Positions 36,969 to 45,890 of a stretch of 54,878 nt of DNA are shown here, one piece after another (within the stretch, counting starts at the first letter, position 1; each line of letters opens with the position of its first letter). The notes below the pieces were generated by a model, which had not been told where the DNA came from, made no database searches, and worked only from the letters and a program-made list of their open reading frames with translations. The position numbers and the translations under genes are program-made. The stretch is from an uncultured bacterium (GTDB lineage Bacteria; JADJOY01), in the NCBI GenBank assembly GCA_964650975.1, contig CAZYWA010000003.1, positions 1 through 54,878 of the forward strand, read 5' to 3'.

Positions 36969-37118
36969 CCCACCCCCGAGTCGGCTCGCTGCCCGCTCGC
37001 CGGCGCGCCTCCTGGCGCGCTGGCAAATTCGGGGTTACGACGCTGGCGAGCCCGGGTGCGCGTAGCGCGGGGGCTTGTCCCCCGTAGTCCCGTCGATCGA
37101 CTCGCTCACAAACTCTGA

Positions 37119-37928
37119 CTAAGGCGCCTTCGGTTCAGGTGCCGTGGCGGTGCCGGCGCGGAAGGAGGCGGCGAAGTCGCGAAGATCGGGGGCCGAGAGG
37201 TCGGAGACCGCGACGAAGCTCAGGGCTTCGTCTCCCCACGCCACCAGGTTGTAGCCGCGGCGCATCTCGGCCCGCTCGCGCGTCGTGCCGCGCGGTCCGC
37301 CGGGACGCACGAACACGTTGATGACGTGCTGCTTGCGGCGGTAGACGAGCGCCGCCGCGGGCCGCTGGCCCAGGTAGTCGAGCCGTCCGCCGATCAGCTC
37401 GTAGCCTTCGCTCGCCAGATCCACGACCGGCGGCGCGACGTCGAGCCGCCCCGCGAACCACGGCCGCACCGTATGGCGGTCGGTGGAGGGCACGTCGGTG
37501 AGATGCGCGGCCATGAGCGAGCGCACGTGATCGGCGACCGCTTCGTCGAGGATCGCGTCGGATCGCGGCGAACGGAGACTCCACGTCGTGAGGGCGCCCA
37601 CGACGAAAGCGGCGAGGGCAGCGATGGCGGCGCGGGATCGAGGTCGCGCCGCAGCTGAAATCACGCTCGCCGGCGGCCGCGCGAGAGTGGTGGCCGCGAC
37701 CTCCGGCCTGCGGCCGATCTCGCCGTCGAGCCAGGTTCGGAGCGCCGCCGGCGCCCGGTAGTAAGGCGCCCCCGCACGCACGCCGGTGCGGAGCGCGCGC
37801 AGCGAGGCTGCTTGCGCGGTGCACGATGCACAGCTCGCCAGATGCTCCTCGATCGCCCGCGCGTCGAGGGGCCCGAGCTCGTCGTCGAGGAACGCGTCGA
37901 GCGCGGCCCGGGTCGGCTCGCAGCTCAT
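37119..37928 (-). CDS. zinc-finger (ZAS, HxxxCxxC) transmembrane anti-sigma factor
   Basis: MSCEPTRAALDAFLDDELGPLDARAIEEHLASCASCTAQ (zf-HC2), a central TM helix AAIAALAAFVVGALTTW, and an extracytoplasmic C-domain. The ATG lies 1 nt after the sigma-factor stop. Confidence 0.85.
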   Translation of the reverse strand: MSCEPTRAALDAFLDDELGPLDARAIEEHLASCASCTAQAASLRALRTGVRAGAPYYRAPAALRTWLDGEIGRRPEVAATTLARPPASVISAAARPRSRAAIAALAAFVVGALTTWSLRSPRSDAILDEAVADHVRSLMAAHLTDVPSTDRHTVRPWFAGRLDVAPPVVDLASEGYELIGGRLDYLGQRPAAALVYRRKQHVINVFVRPGGPRGTTRERAEMRRGYNLVAWGDEALSFVAVSDLSAPDLRDFAASFRAGTATAPEPKAP

Positions 37929-37929
37929 G

Positions 37930-38448
37930 TCACGCCTCCACCGCCGAGGTCGCGAGCCGCCGCCGCAGCGCCTCGCGGGCTCGCGACAGGCTCGACATGA
38001 CGGTGCCGATCGGAGTGCCCGTGACCGCGGCGATCTCGCGATACGAGAGTCCCTCGAGCTCGCGGAGCACGATCATCTCCCGGTGGCGAGGAACCAGCTC
38101 CGCGAGCGCCTGCTGAACCGCGCGGGCATCCGCGGCGACCAGCGCCGCGTCCTCGGGGCTCGGTTCCGAACGGTCGGCGTGCGCCTCCTCCTCGAGCGGC
38201 TCGGCGAGCGTCTGCGGGCGGTTCCGCCCCAGCCAGGTGAGCGATGCGTTTCGCACGATGGCGAGAATCCAGGGACGGGCGTCGCTGCCGCGCAAGCCGT
38301 CGAACCCGCGCATCGCGCGCACGTAAGCGTCCTGCACCACATCCTCGGCGTCGGGCTCGCTGCCGACCAGCCAGCGCGCCAGGTTGAACGCGGCGTCGAG
38401 ATGGGGGAGGACGAGCACCCGGAACCGCTCCGCCTCGTCGTCGGTCAT
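37930..38448 (-). CDS. ECF-type sigma-70 family RNA polymerase sigma factor
   Basis: MTDDEAERFRVLVLPHLDAAFNLARWLVGSEPDAEDVVQDAYVRAMRGF (region 2) and MIVLRELEGLSYREIAAVTGTPIGTVMSSLSRAREAL (region 4 HTH). The listed ORF (to 38802) over-extends. Confidence 0.9.
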   Translation of the reverse strand: MTDDEAERFRVLVLPHLDAAFNLARWLVGSEPDAEDVVQDAYVRAMRGFDGLRGSDARPWILAIVRNASLTWLGRNRPQTLAEPLEEEAHADRSEPSPEDAALVAADARAVQQALAELVPRHREMIVLRELEGLSYREIAAVTGTPIGTVMSSLSRAREALRRRLATSAVEA

Positions 38449-38506
38449 CCGGTCGAGCCCCCATCCAGAAGCGCATCCGCTGGATCGGCTGAGATCCCGG
38501 ACATTC

Positions 38507-38535
38507 AGACTCTTCCGGCACGCAGAATATTCCAC
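38507..38535 (-). promoter_or_regulatory. ECF-type promoter candidate GTGGAATA-N17-GTCT driving the sigma/anti-sigma operon
   Basis: The minus strand reads GTGGAATA ttctgcgtgccggaaga GTCT. The -10 element is 59 nt upstream of the sigma ATG (38448). Confidence 0.55.
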
Positions 38536-38554
38536 TCCCCCGCGAATGAGCCGG

Positions 38555-38583
38555 GTGGAATAAACGCGGCGGCTCCCGAGTCT
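38555..38583 (+). promoter_or_regulatory. ECF-type promoter candidate GTGGAATA-N17-GTCT driving the metallophosphoesterase/cupredoxin genes
   Basis: The plus strand reads GTGGAATA aacgcggcggctcccga GTCT, with octamer, spacer length and -10 tetramer identical to the divergent copy 20 nt away. It lies 30 nt upstream of ATG 38614 (RBS GAGGGAGG). Confidence 0.55.
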
Positions 38584-38613
38584 CCTCCCCGAAACCGCAC
38601 GAGGGAGGCCGCC

Positions 38614-39609
38614 ATGGAACGGGACTTGGATCGCCGCCGCTTTCTGAGCATCACCGGAATATCGCTGGGCTTCGGCGCGCTCTATGCCGTGGGACCCCGC
38701 GGCGCCCTCGCCAAGGAAGGCGACCACGTCACGCGGCGGCTCGCCGAGGCCAACGGCGAGGCGCCGGGGAGCTTCTCGTTCGTACAGCTCTCCGACACCC
38801 ACGTCGGGTTCCAGAGCCCCCAGTATCCGGGCGGCACGGCCGCGTTCGAGCTGGCGATCCAGAACGTCAACGCGTTACCCAAGAAGCCCGACCTGGTGCT
38901 CTTCACCGGCGACCTCACCCACGACAGCGAAGACAAGGACGAGCATGCGCGGCGCATGCGCACCTTCCGCGACATCGCGTCGCGGCTCGACGGGCCGGTC
39001 GTGAAAGCGATCCCCGGGGAGCACGACGCCGGGCTCGACGGCGGCGCGCTCTTCCGCGAGCACTTCGGCGAGACCTCGTACTCGTTCGACCACCGCGGCG
39101 TGCACTTCGTGGCGCTCGACAACGTGTCGCGCGCCCGCCCCGAGGTGGGCGCCGAGCGGATCGCCTGGCTCGAGCAGGACCTCGGCCGATTCCAGCCCAC
39201 GGCGCCGATCGTGGTCTTCACCCACCGCCCGCTCTTCGATCTGAAGCCCGAGTGGGAGTGGTTCACCCGCGACGGCGATCAGGTCCTCGAGGTGCTGGCG
39301 CCGTTCGAGAACGTGACCGTGCTCTACGGCCACATCCACCGCGCCCACCATCGCGTGATCGGCCACACGCGTCACGACGCCGCGCGCTCGCTGGTGTTCT
39401 CGTTCCCGGATCCGGACGCCACCGACGACAAGAAGCCGGTGCCCTACGACGGCGCGCGGCCCTACGCGGGGCTCGGCTTGCGGGTGGTGCGGGAGAGCGT
39501 CGCGGGTGAGGCGCCGGCTTCGCTCGACCTCGACGACGTGGAGCTGACCCAGCGCACGTTCTCGGGGACCGAAGGATTCGTGCGGCTGCTGCGGCGCCGC
39601 GCCGTCTGA
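38614..39609 (+). CDS. TAT-exported metallophosphoesterase (calcineurin-like)
   Basis: MERDLDRRRFLSITGISLGFGALYA twin-arginine leader. FVQLSDTHVG, FTGDLTHD, PGEHD, VLYGHIHRAHH metallophosphatase motifs. Confidence 0.88.
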   Translation: MERDLDRRRFLSITGISLGFGALYAVGPRGALAKEGDHVTRRLAEANGEAPGSFSFVQLSDTHVGFQSPQYPGGTAAFELAIQNVNALPKKPDLVLFTGDLTHDSEDKDEHARRMRTFRDIASRLDGPVVKAIPGEHDAGLDGGALFREHFGETSYSFDHRGVHFVALDNVSRARPEVGAERIAWLEQDLGRFQPTAPIVVFTHRPLFDLKPEWEWFTRDGDQVLEVLAPFENVTVLYGHIHRAHHRVIGHTRHDAARSLVFSFPDPDATDDKKPVPYDGARPYAGLGLRVVRESVAGEAPASLDLDDVELTQRTFSGTEGFVRLLRRRAV

Positions 39610-39659
39610 TCCGTCACCACCGTTTCCATCCACCGGACCCAACAGAAGGAGGTGCAGCG

Positions 39660-40031
39660 ATGCACGTTGCCAGAGGTTTGCTCACCGTCGCGATCTTGCT
39701 CGGCGCTCCGGCGCTGGCGTCGACCGCCGCCGATCCCGGCGACGCCGCGAGCGACGCTCCACGGGACATCGCCATCACGGCGCACCGCTTCGAGTTCACG
39801 CCCAAGGAGATCACGATCCGGAAAGGCGAGACCGTGCGGCTCTTGCTCACCAGCGAGGACGTGACGCACGGGTTCTTCATGCGGAAGCTCGGGATCGACG
39901 AGGAGATCGAGCCGGGCAAGACCACCGAGGTACGGCTGACACCGCAGCAGACCGGCGACTTCACCACCATCTGCGACCACTTCTGTGGATCGGGCCACGG
40001 CGGGATGAAGATGACCATCCACGTCCAGTGA
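39660..40031 (+). CDS. secreted stand-alone CuA-type cupredoxin (cytochrome oxidase subunit II-like domain)
   Basis: Signal MHVARGLLTVAILLGAPALASTAA. LLLTSEDVTHGFFM..PGKTTEVRLTPQQTGDFTTICDHFCGSGHGGMKM reproduces the COX2 pattern DV.H.F...C-x3-C-x3-H-x2-M (all CuA ligands). Confidence 0.85.
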   Translation: MHVARGLLTVAILLGAPALASTAADPGDAASDAPRDIAITAHRFEFTPKEITIRKGETVRLLLTSEDVTHGFFMRKLGIDEEIEPGKTTEVRLTPQQTGDFTTICDHFCGSGHGGMKMTIHVQ

Positions 40032-40216
40032 GGCGCGAAGGATTCAGCGCGCGACGCTCGTGGGCAGCCAGCCCCGTCCGCCGCCGCTCGTAACCCGGGG
40101 CGTTTCGCAGGAAGACCGGGCTCAAGTCACGATCCGCGAGCCGCGACAACCCAGGTGCCCGGTTGCCAGGAATCGCATGGAGTCATCACGTACCCGAGCT
40201 CGCCACGGCGGCGGCG

Positions 40217-41497
40217 CTAGCGCGTGAACGATTCGGTGGGCCGGTACTCGGCGGGGCGTCCGCCCATGTAACGGTCGAGCCAGCGCTGGCGGCTCGACCG
40301 GGCGAAGCGATCCGCCACCTCCTCGAGAGGCGGAAACCATCGGCGCAGGGTCTCCGCCGTGAAGATGAACGGCGCCTGCGCCAGCGGGTGCAACGCCCAG
40401 AGCCTGGCCGGAGCCAGCCGGTTCCGGCGGTAAGCCCGGCCGGACATGAAGAACCGCGTATAGCCACGGTGAATGCCGTGCTCGATCGCCGCCGCGAGCC
40501 GCTGCGCTCGTCCGGCACCGGCTCGCCCTCGACCGGCCTCGAGCTCCGGCGCGAAGGCGTCGAGGTACGATTGACACAGCTGTCGCCCGTCGTCGCCCGA
40601 GCGGCGCGCGCCTTTCACCAGCGTCACGAACGTGAGCTGCGCCGCTTCGCGCAGCGAGCGTGGGTACCAGCGCGGGCGCACTCCCATGAGGTGCCCGACG
40701 TAGCGCCAGAAGTGCATCATCGCCTCGATCTCGCGGACGCTCGGGCGAAAGCCCATCGCCTGCATGGCGACGCCCGGCGCGAAGCTGCCGCCCATGAGCG
40801 TGAGCAGCGCGTCGCCCTGGCTGATCGGTACGCCCCAGGCGTCGAGATCCCACTCCGGGTGGTCGAGCAGCCGGCGTCGCACGAACACGTGCATGATCCG
40901 CACGCGCATCGCCGAGGCGCGTCCGGGCGCTCCGTGCGCGAGGCCGCCGGGCTCGGAGACCGCGATCCAGAACGACGCGGTCTCGAGAAAACGCCGCCGC
41001 GTGCTGTCGCCGGTGTAGCCGCCGCTCAAGACCAGCGGCTTGGCGACCGAGTTCTCGGAGTAGCCCTCGAGCGTGATCGCTCCCGCGAACCGGAACACCG
41101 CGGTGCCGTAGCGCCGGAAGACCCGCGCGCCGAGCTCGACCTGCTCGCGGTCGACCCACTCGGGGTCGTGCTCGATGTCGTCGAAGAGCGCCGCGAGCGA
41201 CCGTGGCGCATCGGGGATCGAAGCCACGCCGTGGGTCAGGGCCTGGTCGAGCTGCGCGCGACCGTGCGCGGCGCTGCGCCCAAGGTAGACCTCGTCGACG
41301 AACGCTTCCGCGAGCGGATCTGCGTCGTAGTACATGGACGCGAGCGTCTCGACCACGTGGTCCGGGGGCGCCGGATCGAACCCCAAAACCCGCCGTCCCA
41401 CGCCGCGCAGCCGCCCCGCCCAGGGCTTCTCGAGATTCTCCCAGTAGCGGAACTCGGCCGGCGTTGCGGCCGGGGCGGTCTGGCGCATCTCGCTCAT
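40217..41497 (-). CDS. MpaB/DUF2236-family (rubber-oxygenase-like) oxygenase
   Basis: SAMRVRIMHVFVRRRLL..WDLDAWGVPISQGDALLTLMG..FWRYVGHLMGV blocks are typical of DUF2236. ATG 41497 (MSEMRQT) is preceded by GGGGAG; the listed ORF extends further upstream. Confidence 0.75.
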   Translation of the reverse strand: MSEMRQTAPAATPAEFRYWENLEKPWAGRLRGVGRRVLGFDPAPPDHVVETLASMYYDADPLAEAFVDEVYLGRSAAHGRAQLDQALTHGVASIPDAPRSLAALFDDIEHDPEWVDREQVELGARVFRRYGTAVFRFAGAITLEGYSENSVAKPLVLSGGYTGDSTRRRFLETASFWIAVSEPGGLAHGAPGRASAMRVRIMHVFVRRRLLDHPEWDLDAWGVPISQGDALLTLMGGSFAPGVAMQAMGFRPSVREIEAMMHFWRYVGHLMGVRPRWYPRSLREAAQLTFVTLVKGARRSGDDGRQLCQSYLDAFAPELEAGRGRAGAGRAQRLAAAIEHGIHRGYTRFFMSGRAYRRNRLAPARLWALHPLAQAPFIFTAETLRRWFPPLEEVADRFARSSRQRWLDRYMGGRPAEYRPTESFTR

Positions 41498-41597
41498 CGA
41501 GGTCTCCCCGGTAGATCTTACACAGGCCGGGCGCCGGGGATGGAGCTTGAGTTCTCGCGCGCGCCTGCCGATGGCCCAGAAGAGGAGACTGACTCCG

Positions 41598-42257
41598 ATG
41601 CTGGTCCACGACTGGATGACCGCGCACCCCACGACCACCACGCCCGAGACCCGGATCTCGGCCGTGGCGGCGATGATGCTGCGGTCGTCGATTCGCCATC
41701 TTCCGGTGGTCCGCCCCAACGCGGAGGGTCTGGTGCTGGTGGGGATCGTCTCCTCGTACGACGTGGCCCGGGCCTATCCGCCGCAGCTCAACCCGTGGTC
41801 GCTGTCGGGGCTGCCGGTGGACCTCGACCATCCGGTGTCGGAGATCATGACCAAGCACCCGGTCACGGTGGAAGCGACGACGCCGATCGAGCGGGCCGCC
41901 GGCGAGATGGCGATGCGGCGCATCCACGCGTTACCGGTGGTCCGCGCCCAGCACGTGGTCGGGATCCTCACCGAGGCCGACGTGACTCGCGCGTTCGTCG
42001 CGATCCTCGGTCCGCGCGAGAAGGGTGTGCGCATCACGTTCGTGTGCGGCGAGCGCGAGGACCTCTTCGGCACGGTGCTGGCGCTCGCCGCCAAGCATCA
42101 GGCCGAGGTGACCAGCCTGCTCACGGTGCGTCACGAGGGGCGCCGCCTGGCGCTGGTGCACGTGAGCGGTCCGCGCTCGGGAGCGTTCCTCGACGCGGTG
42201 TGGAAGTCCGGACACCGGGTCGAGAGCGTGGTTCACGACGATCCGCTGGCCGCCTGA
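41598..42257 (+). CDS. CBS-pair protein with C-terminal ACT-like domain (AcuB-like)
   Basis: MLVHDWMTAHPTTTTPETRISAVAAMMLRSSIRHLPVV and VSEIMTKHPVTVEATTPIERAAGEMAMRRIHALPVV form two CBS motifs. GAGGAG RBS before ATG 41598. Confidence 0.85.
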   Translation: MLVHDWMTAHPTTTTPETRISAVAAMMLRSSIRHLPVVRPNAEGLVLVGIVSSYDVARAYPPQLNPWSLSGLPVDLDHPVSEIMTKHPVTVEATTPIERAAGEMAMRRIHALPVVRAQHVVGILTEADVTRAFVAILGPREKGVRITFVCGEREDLFGTVLALAAKHQAEVTSLLTVRHEGRRLALVHVSGPRSGAFLDAVWKSGHRVESVVHDDPLAA

Positions 42258-42823
42258 GCCCGCGGGAATCGCGCGCGCAGCGTTTCCACCAGCGCCTGGT
42301 TCGCACGCGCCGAGACCAGCTCCACCGGCGAGTCGCCGCGCCGCCACGCGATCCACAGGCAGCCACCGAGCGCGGTCGCGATGATCGCGAAGTTGGGCCA
42401 CGCGTCGAGCGCCCACTGGCCCGACCAGGTGAGCATCGCGCCGTCGGTGAACGGGTAGAGGTAGTCGATCGGCCACGGGTAGCCGTCGCCGCCGCGCGAG
42501 CCGGCGAGATCGCACACGATGTGAAGCTGAAAGCTCGCGAACGCGAGCGCCGCCGCGAGATCGCGCCGCCGCGCGGCCAGTGTCCACACGACCAGCGACA
42601 CCGCCACCGCGAACGCGAGGTTGTGGCCGAGCACGTGGTGGAAGTCGGATCCCCAGTAGACCGGATGCCGGCTGCAGGCCGTGAGCCACTGCGGGATGGC
42701 ACCGAGCCCGTCGAGATCGGGTGCCACGCCGGCGAACGTGATCAAGCCTCGTTCCCGCCGCGAGAGTGCGGGGCTGCCGCTCGCCACCAGCCACCCGAGC
42801 AACGCGTGGGTGATCGGGCTCAT
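42233..42823 (-). CDS. membrane-bound metal-dependent hydrolase (YdjM/DUF457 family)
   Basis: MSPITHALLGWLVA.. start, GVAPDLDGLG, FHHVLGHNLAFAV motifs, four hydrophobic helices. The longer listed ORF (to 43207) has an Arg-rich artefactual N-terminus. Confidence 0.75.
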   Translation of the reverse strand: MSPITHALLGWLVASGSPALSRRERGLITFAGVAPDLDGLGAIPQWLTACSRHPVYWGSDFHHVLGHNLAFAVAVSLVVWTLAARRRDLAAALAFASFQLHIVCDLAGSRGGDGYPWPIDYLYPFTDGAMLTWSGQWALDAWPNFAIIATALGGCLWIAWRRGDSPVELVSARANQALVETLRARFPRAQAASGSS

Positions 42824-43113
42824 GCGGCGGCGATGATGCGTCGAGCATGCCAAGCGCGCCGCGCCGCGACGCTGGCGAGCAAGTGGGTAGTGAGCAGGAG
42901 CGCTGGGAAAGCCGGGTCCCAGGTGAGGCTCTTCGAGCGAGGCGTCCGTGGCCTGGATTGTCGGCGCGAGGTGTCGGGGATTGCCCGACAGAAGGCCCGG
43001 GAGGACCCAACGCACGCGGTCAATAAGATGACGGGACCCGTCACCGGGCAGAAAGCCGTGCGACCGGGAAGGCACAACTCGCACGGTTCCCTCAATCATC
43101 TCGGCGCGGTGCG

Positions 43114-45837
43114 GTGCGGCGCGAGACCTGCATTCGCACCGTTCAGGGAGTCTGCGGTCCGCCGCTGGCGGCGGGCGCGTTCGACACCGCTGCGAGCGCC
43201 GTGGCACACAAATTCGACCTCAGCGATTTCGCTGACGACATCGACGCACCGACCCAGGTGATCGATACCGGCGCCTCGAGGGCGGGCGGCGCCGAGGATC
43301 CTCGCACGCTCGCCGGGTCGCTCGGCCTGGCGGAGCCGGAAGAACCGGAAGCACTCGAACGAGGGCCGTCGGGAACGTTCACCGAGGACTCGTTCGAGCC
43401 CGTCCCACCCGGCGCGGTCGTCTGGGGAAGCGGCTCCACGCCGCCGCTGCCCGAGGCGCCCGAGGACCGGCGTCTCGACGACGGCTGGCCGTGGCGAAAC
43501 GAGCCGGTCACGCCGGCTGGCGACGAAGCGGTCGTCGGCCCTCCGACCGGCGACCGCTCGTCGGGCCTGCTCCGGAAGTCGCAACAGCAGCAGCAACGCC
43601 GCCTGCCGGTCCACGGACCGCTGCTCGTTTCGCACGAGGGCGGCAAGCTGCGCATCCGGCTCAGGCTCTTGCTGCACGCGGTGGTCACGTCGGGAGTGGC
43701 GCTGGCGGTCGCGTCCGGCGCTTTCCTCTGGTACCAGACCACCAACGCGGAGCGCCGCACCGTCGAGAAGCTCTCGACGCTGGGGCGCGTGATCGGCTGG
43801 AGCGCGCGTGCCTCGCTGGCGCTCGAAGGTGTGTCGGACGCGCGCGCGCTGCCGGCGGCGCAGGTGGTCCTCGACGCGCTGGCGCAGGACCGCTCGATCC
43901 TGGAGGCGTGCCTCTTCACCTCCGACGGGCGGCTGGTGGCGAGCCACTTCCGCCACGACATCGACCTCAACGATCAGCGCTGCATTCCGCGCAGCGTCTC
44001 CCACGAGACCTACAGCCTGCGCGGCACCGAGATCTGGTGGGCGATGCCCCTCGAGTTCCAGGACCACGCCAACGGCACCATCGCGATCCTCGCGCAGACC
44101 ATCGTGCTGCACGAGGAGCTGGCGCGCTCCGGGATGATCGCGGCGATGGTCATGTGCGTCGCGGCCATGGTCGCGTTCGCCGCCACGGCGCGCTTCGAGC
44201 GAATGGTGTCGAGGCCGCTCCTGGCGCTCATCGACACCGCGCAGCACGTGACCCGGCGCAAGGATTACTCGGTGCGCGTGGCCGACGTGGGCGAGGACGA
44301 GTTCGGCGTCCTGATCGACACCTTCAACCGCATGCTGCAGCAGATCCAGGTGCGCGATCGCGAGCTCGAGCGGCAGCGCGACCAGATGGGCAAGGAAGTG
44401 CAGGCGCGCCGCGCCGAGCTGCGCAGCCGCGAGCAGGCCGAGGAGCGAATCCGCTATCTCGCCTACTACGACGTGCTCACGGGGCTTCCCAACCGGCAGT
44501 GCTTGAAGGAGCGCCTCGACCAGAGCCTCCGCGAGGCGAACCGCCATGGCGGTCACGTCGGGGTGCTATTCGTGGACCTCGACCGCTTCAAGGAGATCAA
44601 CGACAACTTCGGCCACGGCGAAGGCGACCGGCTGCTCCGGCTGGTCGCGGAGCGCGTGGTGGGCTGCGTGCGCGGCTCGGACGCGGTGTCGAGGTCCACC
44701 ACCGGGCATCCATGCTTCACCGTCTCGCGGCAGGGCGGCGACGAGTTCGCGGTGCTGCTGACGCGGCTGCGCTCGCGCGCCGACGCCTCGCGGATCGCGG
44801 AGCGGATGCTGGGCGAGCTCCGGAAACCGTTCTCGCTGGCGGGACGCGAGGTGCGCGTGGGAGCGAGCATCGGCATCGCCGTCTCTCCCGGCGACGGCGG
44901 CGACGTCGAGACCATGCTCAAGCACGCCGACATGGCGATGTACCAGGCCAAGCAAGCGGGCCGTGACTCGTTCGAGTTCTTCTCGCCGTCGATGGGCGAG
45001 GACGCCATGCGCCGGCTGGACCTGGGCACCGACTTGAGGCGCGCCATCGAGTGGGCCGACTTCAAGGTTCACTACCAGCCGAAGGTGGATCTGCACGACG
45101 GCGCGGTCACCGGGCTCGAGGCGCTGGTGCGCTGGGAGCACCCCACCCGCGGCTTCATCTCACCCGCGGACTTCATCCCGCTGGCGGAGGATCTAGGCCT
45201 GATCGGCACGCTCGGCACCTGGGTGCTCACCACGGTGTGCGCGCAGATGCGGACCTGGCTCAACGCGGGCCTGCCGCCGGTGCGGGTGGCGGTGAACGTG
45301 TCGAGTCATCAGTTCGCCGATCCGCATCTCTACGACACCGTGCGCAGCGCACTTCTCGAAGTGGGGCTGCCGCCCGACGTGCTGGAGCTCGAGATCACCG
45401 AGAGCGCCATGATCCAGAATCCGGAGGGAGCGGTCGCGACGCTCGAATCGCTGCGGGCCCTCGGCATCCAGGTGGCGCTCGACGACTTCGGTACCGGCTA
45501 CTCGTCGCTCAACTACGTCGGCCGGCTGCCGCTCGACGCGCTCAAGATCGACCGCTCGTTCGTCAACGCGATCGCGGACAGCGAGGACGGCCGCAGCATC
45601 GTCACGGCGGTCATCGCCATGGCGCACAGCCTGGGTCTCAGGGTCGTCGCGGAAGGTGTCGAGACGCCGGAGCAGGCGAAGGTGCTGCGGCGCCTGCGCT
45701 GCGACGAGATCCAGGGCTACCTCTTCAGCCGCCCGGTCCCGCCCGACAAGGTCGCGAGCCTCCTCACCTCGCGCCTCGACCTCGACCAGTACTCGCTCTC
45801 GGTCCCGCTGCCGATGGTCTCCGAGCTGGTGATGTAG
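43114..45837 (+). CDS. GGDEF-EAL signalling protein with periplasmic CHASE8-like sensor and HAMP
   Basis: TM1 (AVVTSGVALAVASGAFLWY), a ~130-aa periplasmic segment, TM2 and a HAMP-like region (ALIDTAQHVTRRKDYSVRVADVGEDEFGVLIDTFNRML). GGDEF (RQGGDEFAVLL). EAL (LEALVRWEH, ELEITES, DDFGTGYSSL, KIDRSF, EGVE). The start is uncertain (GTG 43114, GTG 43201 or later); the first ~170 aa are Pro/Glu-rich. Confidence 0.85.
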   Translation: MRRETCIRTVQGVCGPPLAAGAFDTAASAVAHKFDLSDFADDIDAPTQVIDTGASRAGGAEDPRTLAGSLGLAEPEEPEALERGPSGTFTEDSFEPVPPGAVVWGSGSTPPLPEAPEDRRLDDGWPWRNEPVTPAGDEAVVGPPTGDRSSGLLRKSQQQQQRRLPVHGPLLVSHEGGKLRIRLRLLLHAVVTSGVALAVASGAFLWYQTTNAERRTVEKLSTLGRVIGWSARASLALEGVSDARALPAAQVVLDALAQDRSILEACLFTSDGRLVASHFRHDIDLNDQRCIPRSVSHETYSLRGTEIWWAMPLEFQDHANGTIAILAQTIVLHEELARSGMIAAMVMCVAAMVAFAATARFERMVSRPLLALIDTAQHVTRRKDYSVRVADVGEDEFGVLIDTFNRMLQQIQVRDRELERQRDQMGKEVQARRAELRSREQAEERIRYLAYYDVLTGLPNRQCLKERLDQSLREANRHGGHVGVLFVDLDRFKEINDNFGHGEGDRLLRLVAERVVGCVRGSDAVSRSTTGHPCFTVSRQGGDEFAVLLTRLRSRADASRIAERMLGELRKPFSLAGREVRVGASIGIAVSPGDGGDVETMLKHADMAMYQAKQAGRDSFEFFSPSMGEDAMRRLDLGTDLRRAIEWADFKVHYQPKVDLHDGAVTGLEALVRWEHPTRGFISPADFIPLAEDLGLIGTLGTWVLTTVCAQMRTWLNAGLPPVRVAVNVSSHQFADPHLYDTVRSALLEVGLPPDVLELEITESAMIQNPEGAVATLESLRALGIQVALDDFGTGYSSLNYVGRLPLDALKIDRSFVNAIADSEDGRSIVTAVIAMAHSLGLRVVAEGVETPEQAKVLRRLRCDEIQGYLFSRPVPPDKVASLLTSRLDLDQYSLSVPLPMVSELVM

Positions 45838-45890
45838 CTGCCTCGCGCGAGAGGCCGCCTTCCTTCGAGCCACGGCAACGACAGTCGGAG

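Noticed and set aside
40163-43261. 1032-aa plus-strand ORF spanning four real genes
   Set aside because: Artefactual open frame (RRRGASGRSVREAAGLGDRDPERRG..). The region is better explained by DUF2236 (-), CBS (+, different frame) and DUF457 (-), each with family motifs and RBS-preceded starts.
43540-43620. CAG/CAA run encoding QQQQQ in the N-terminal region of the GGDEF-EAL protein, considered as a repeat feature
   Set aside because: It is only five codons within a Pro/Glu/Gly-rich tail whose translation status is itself uncertain, so it is too short to be meaningful.
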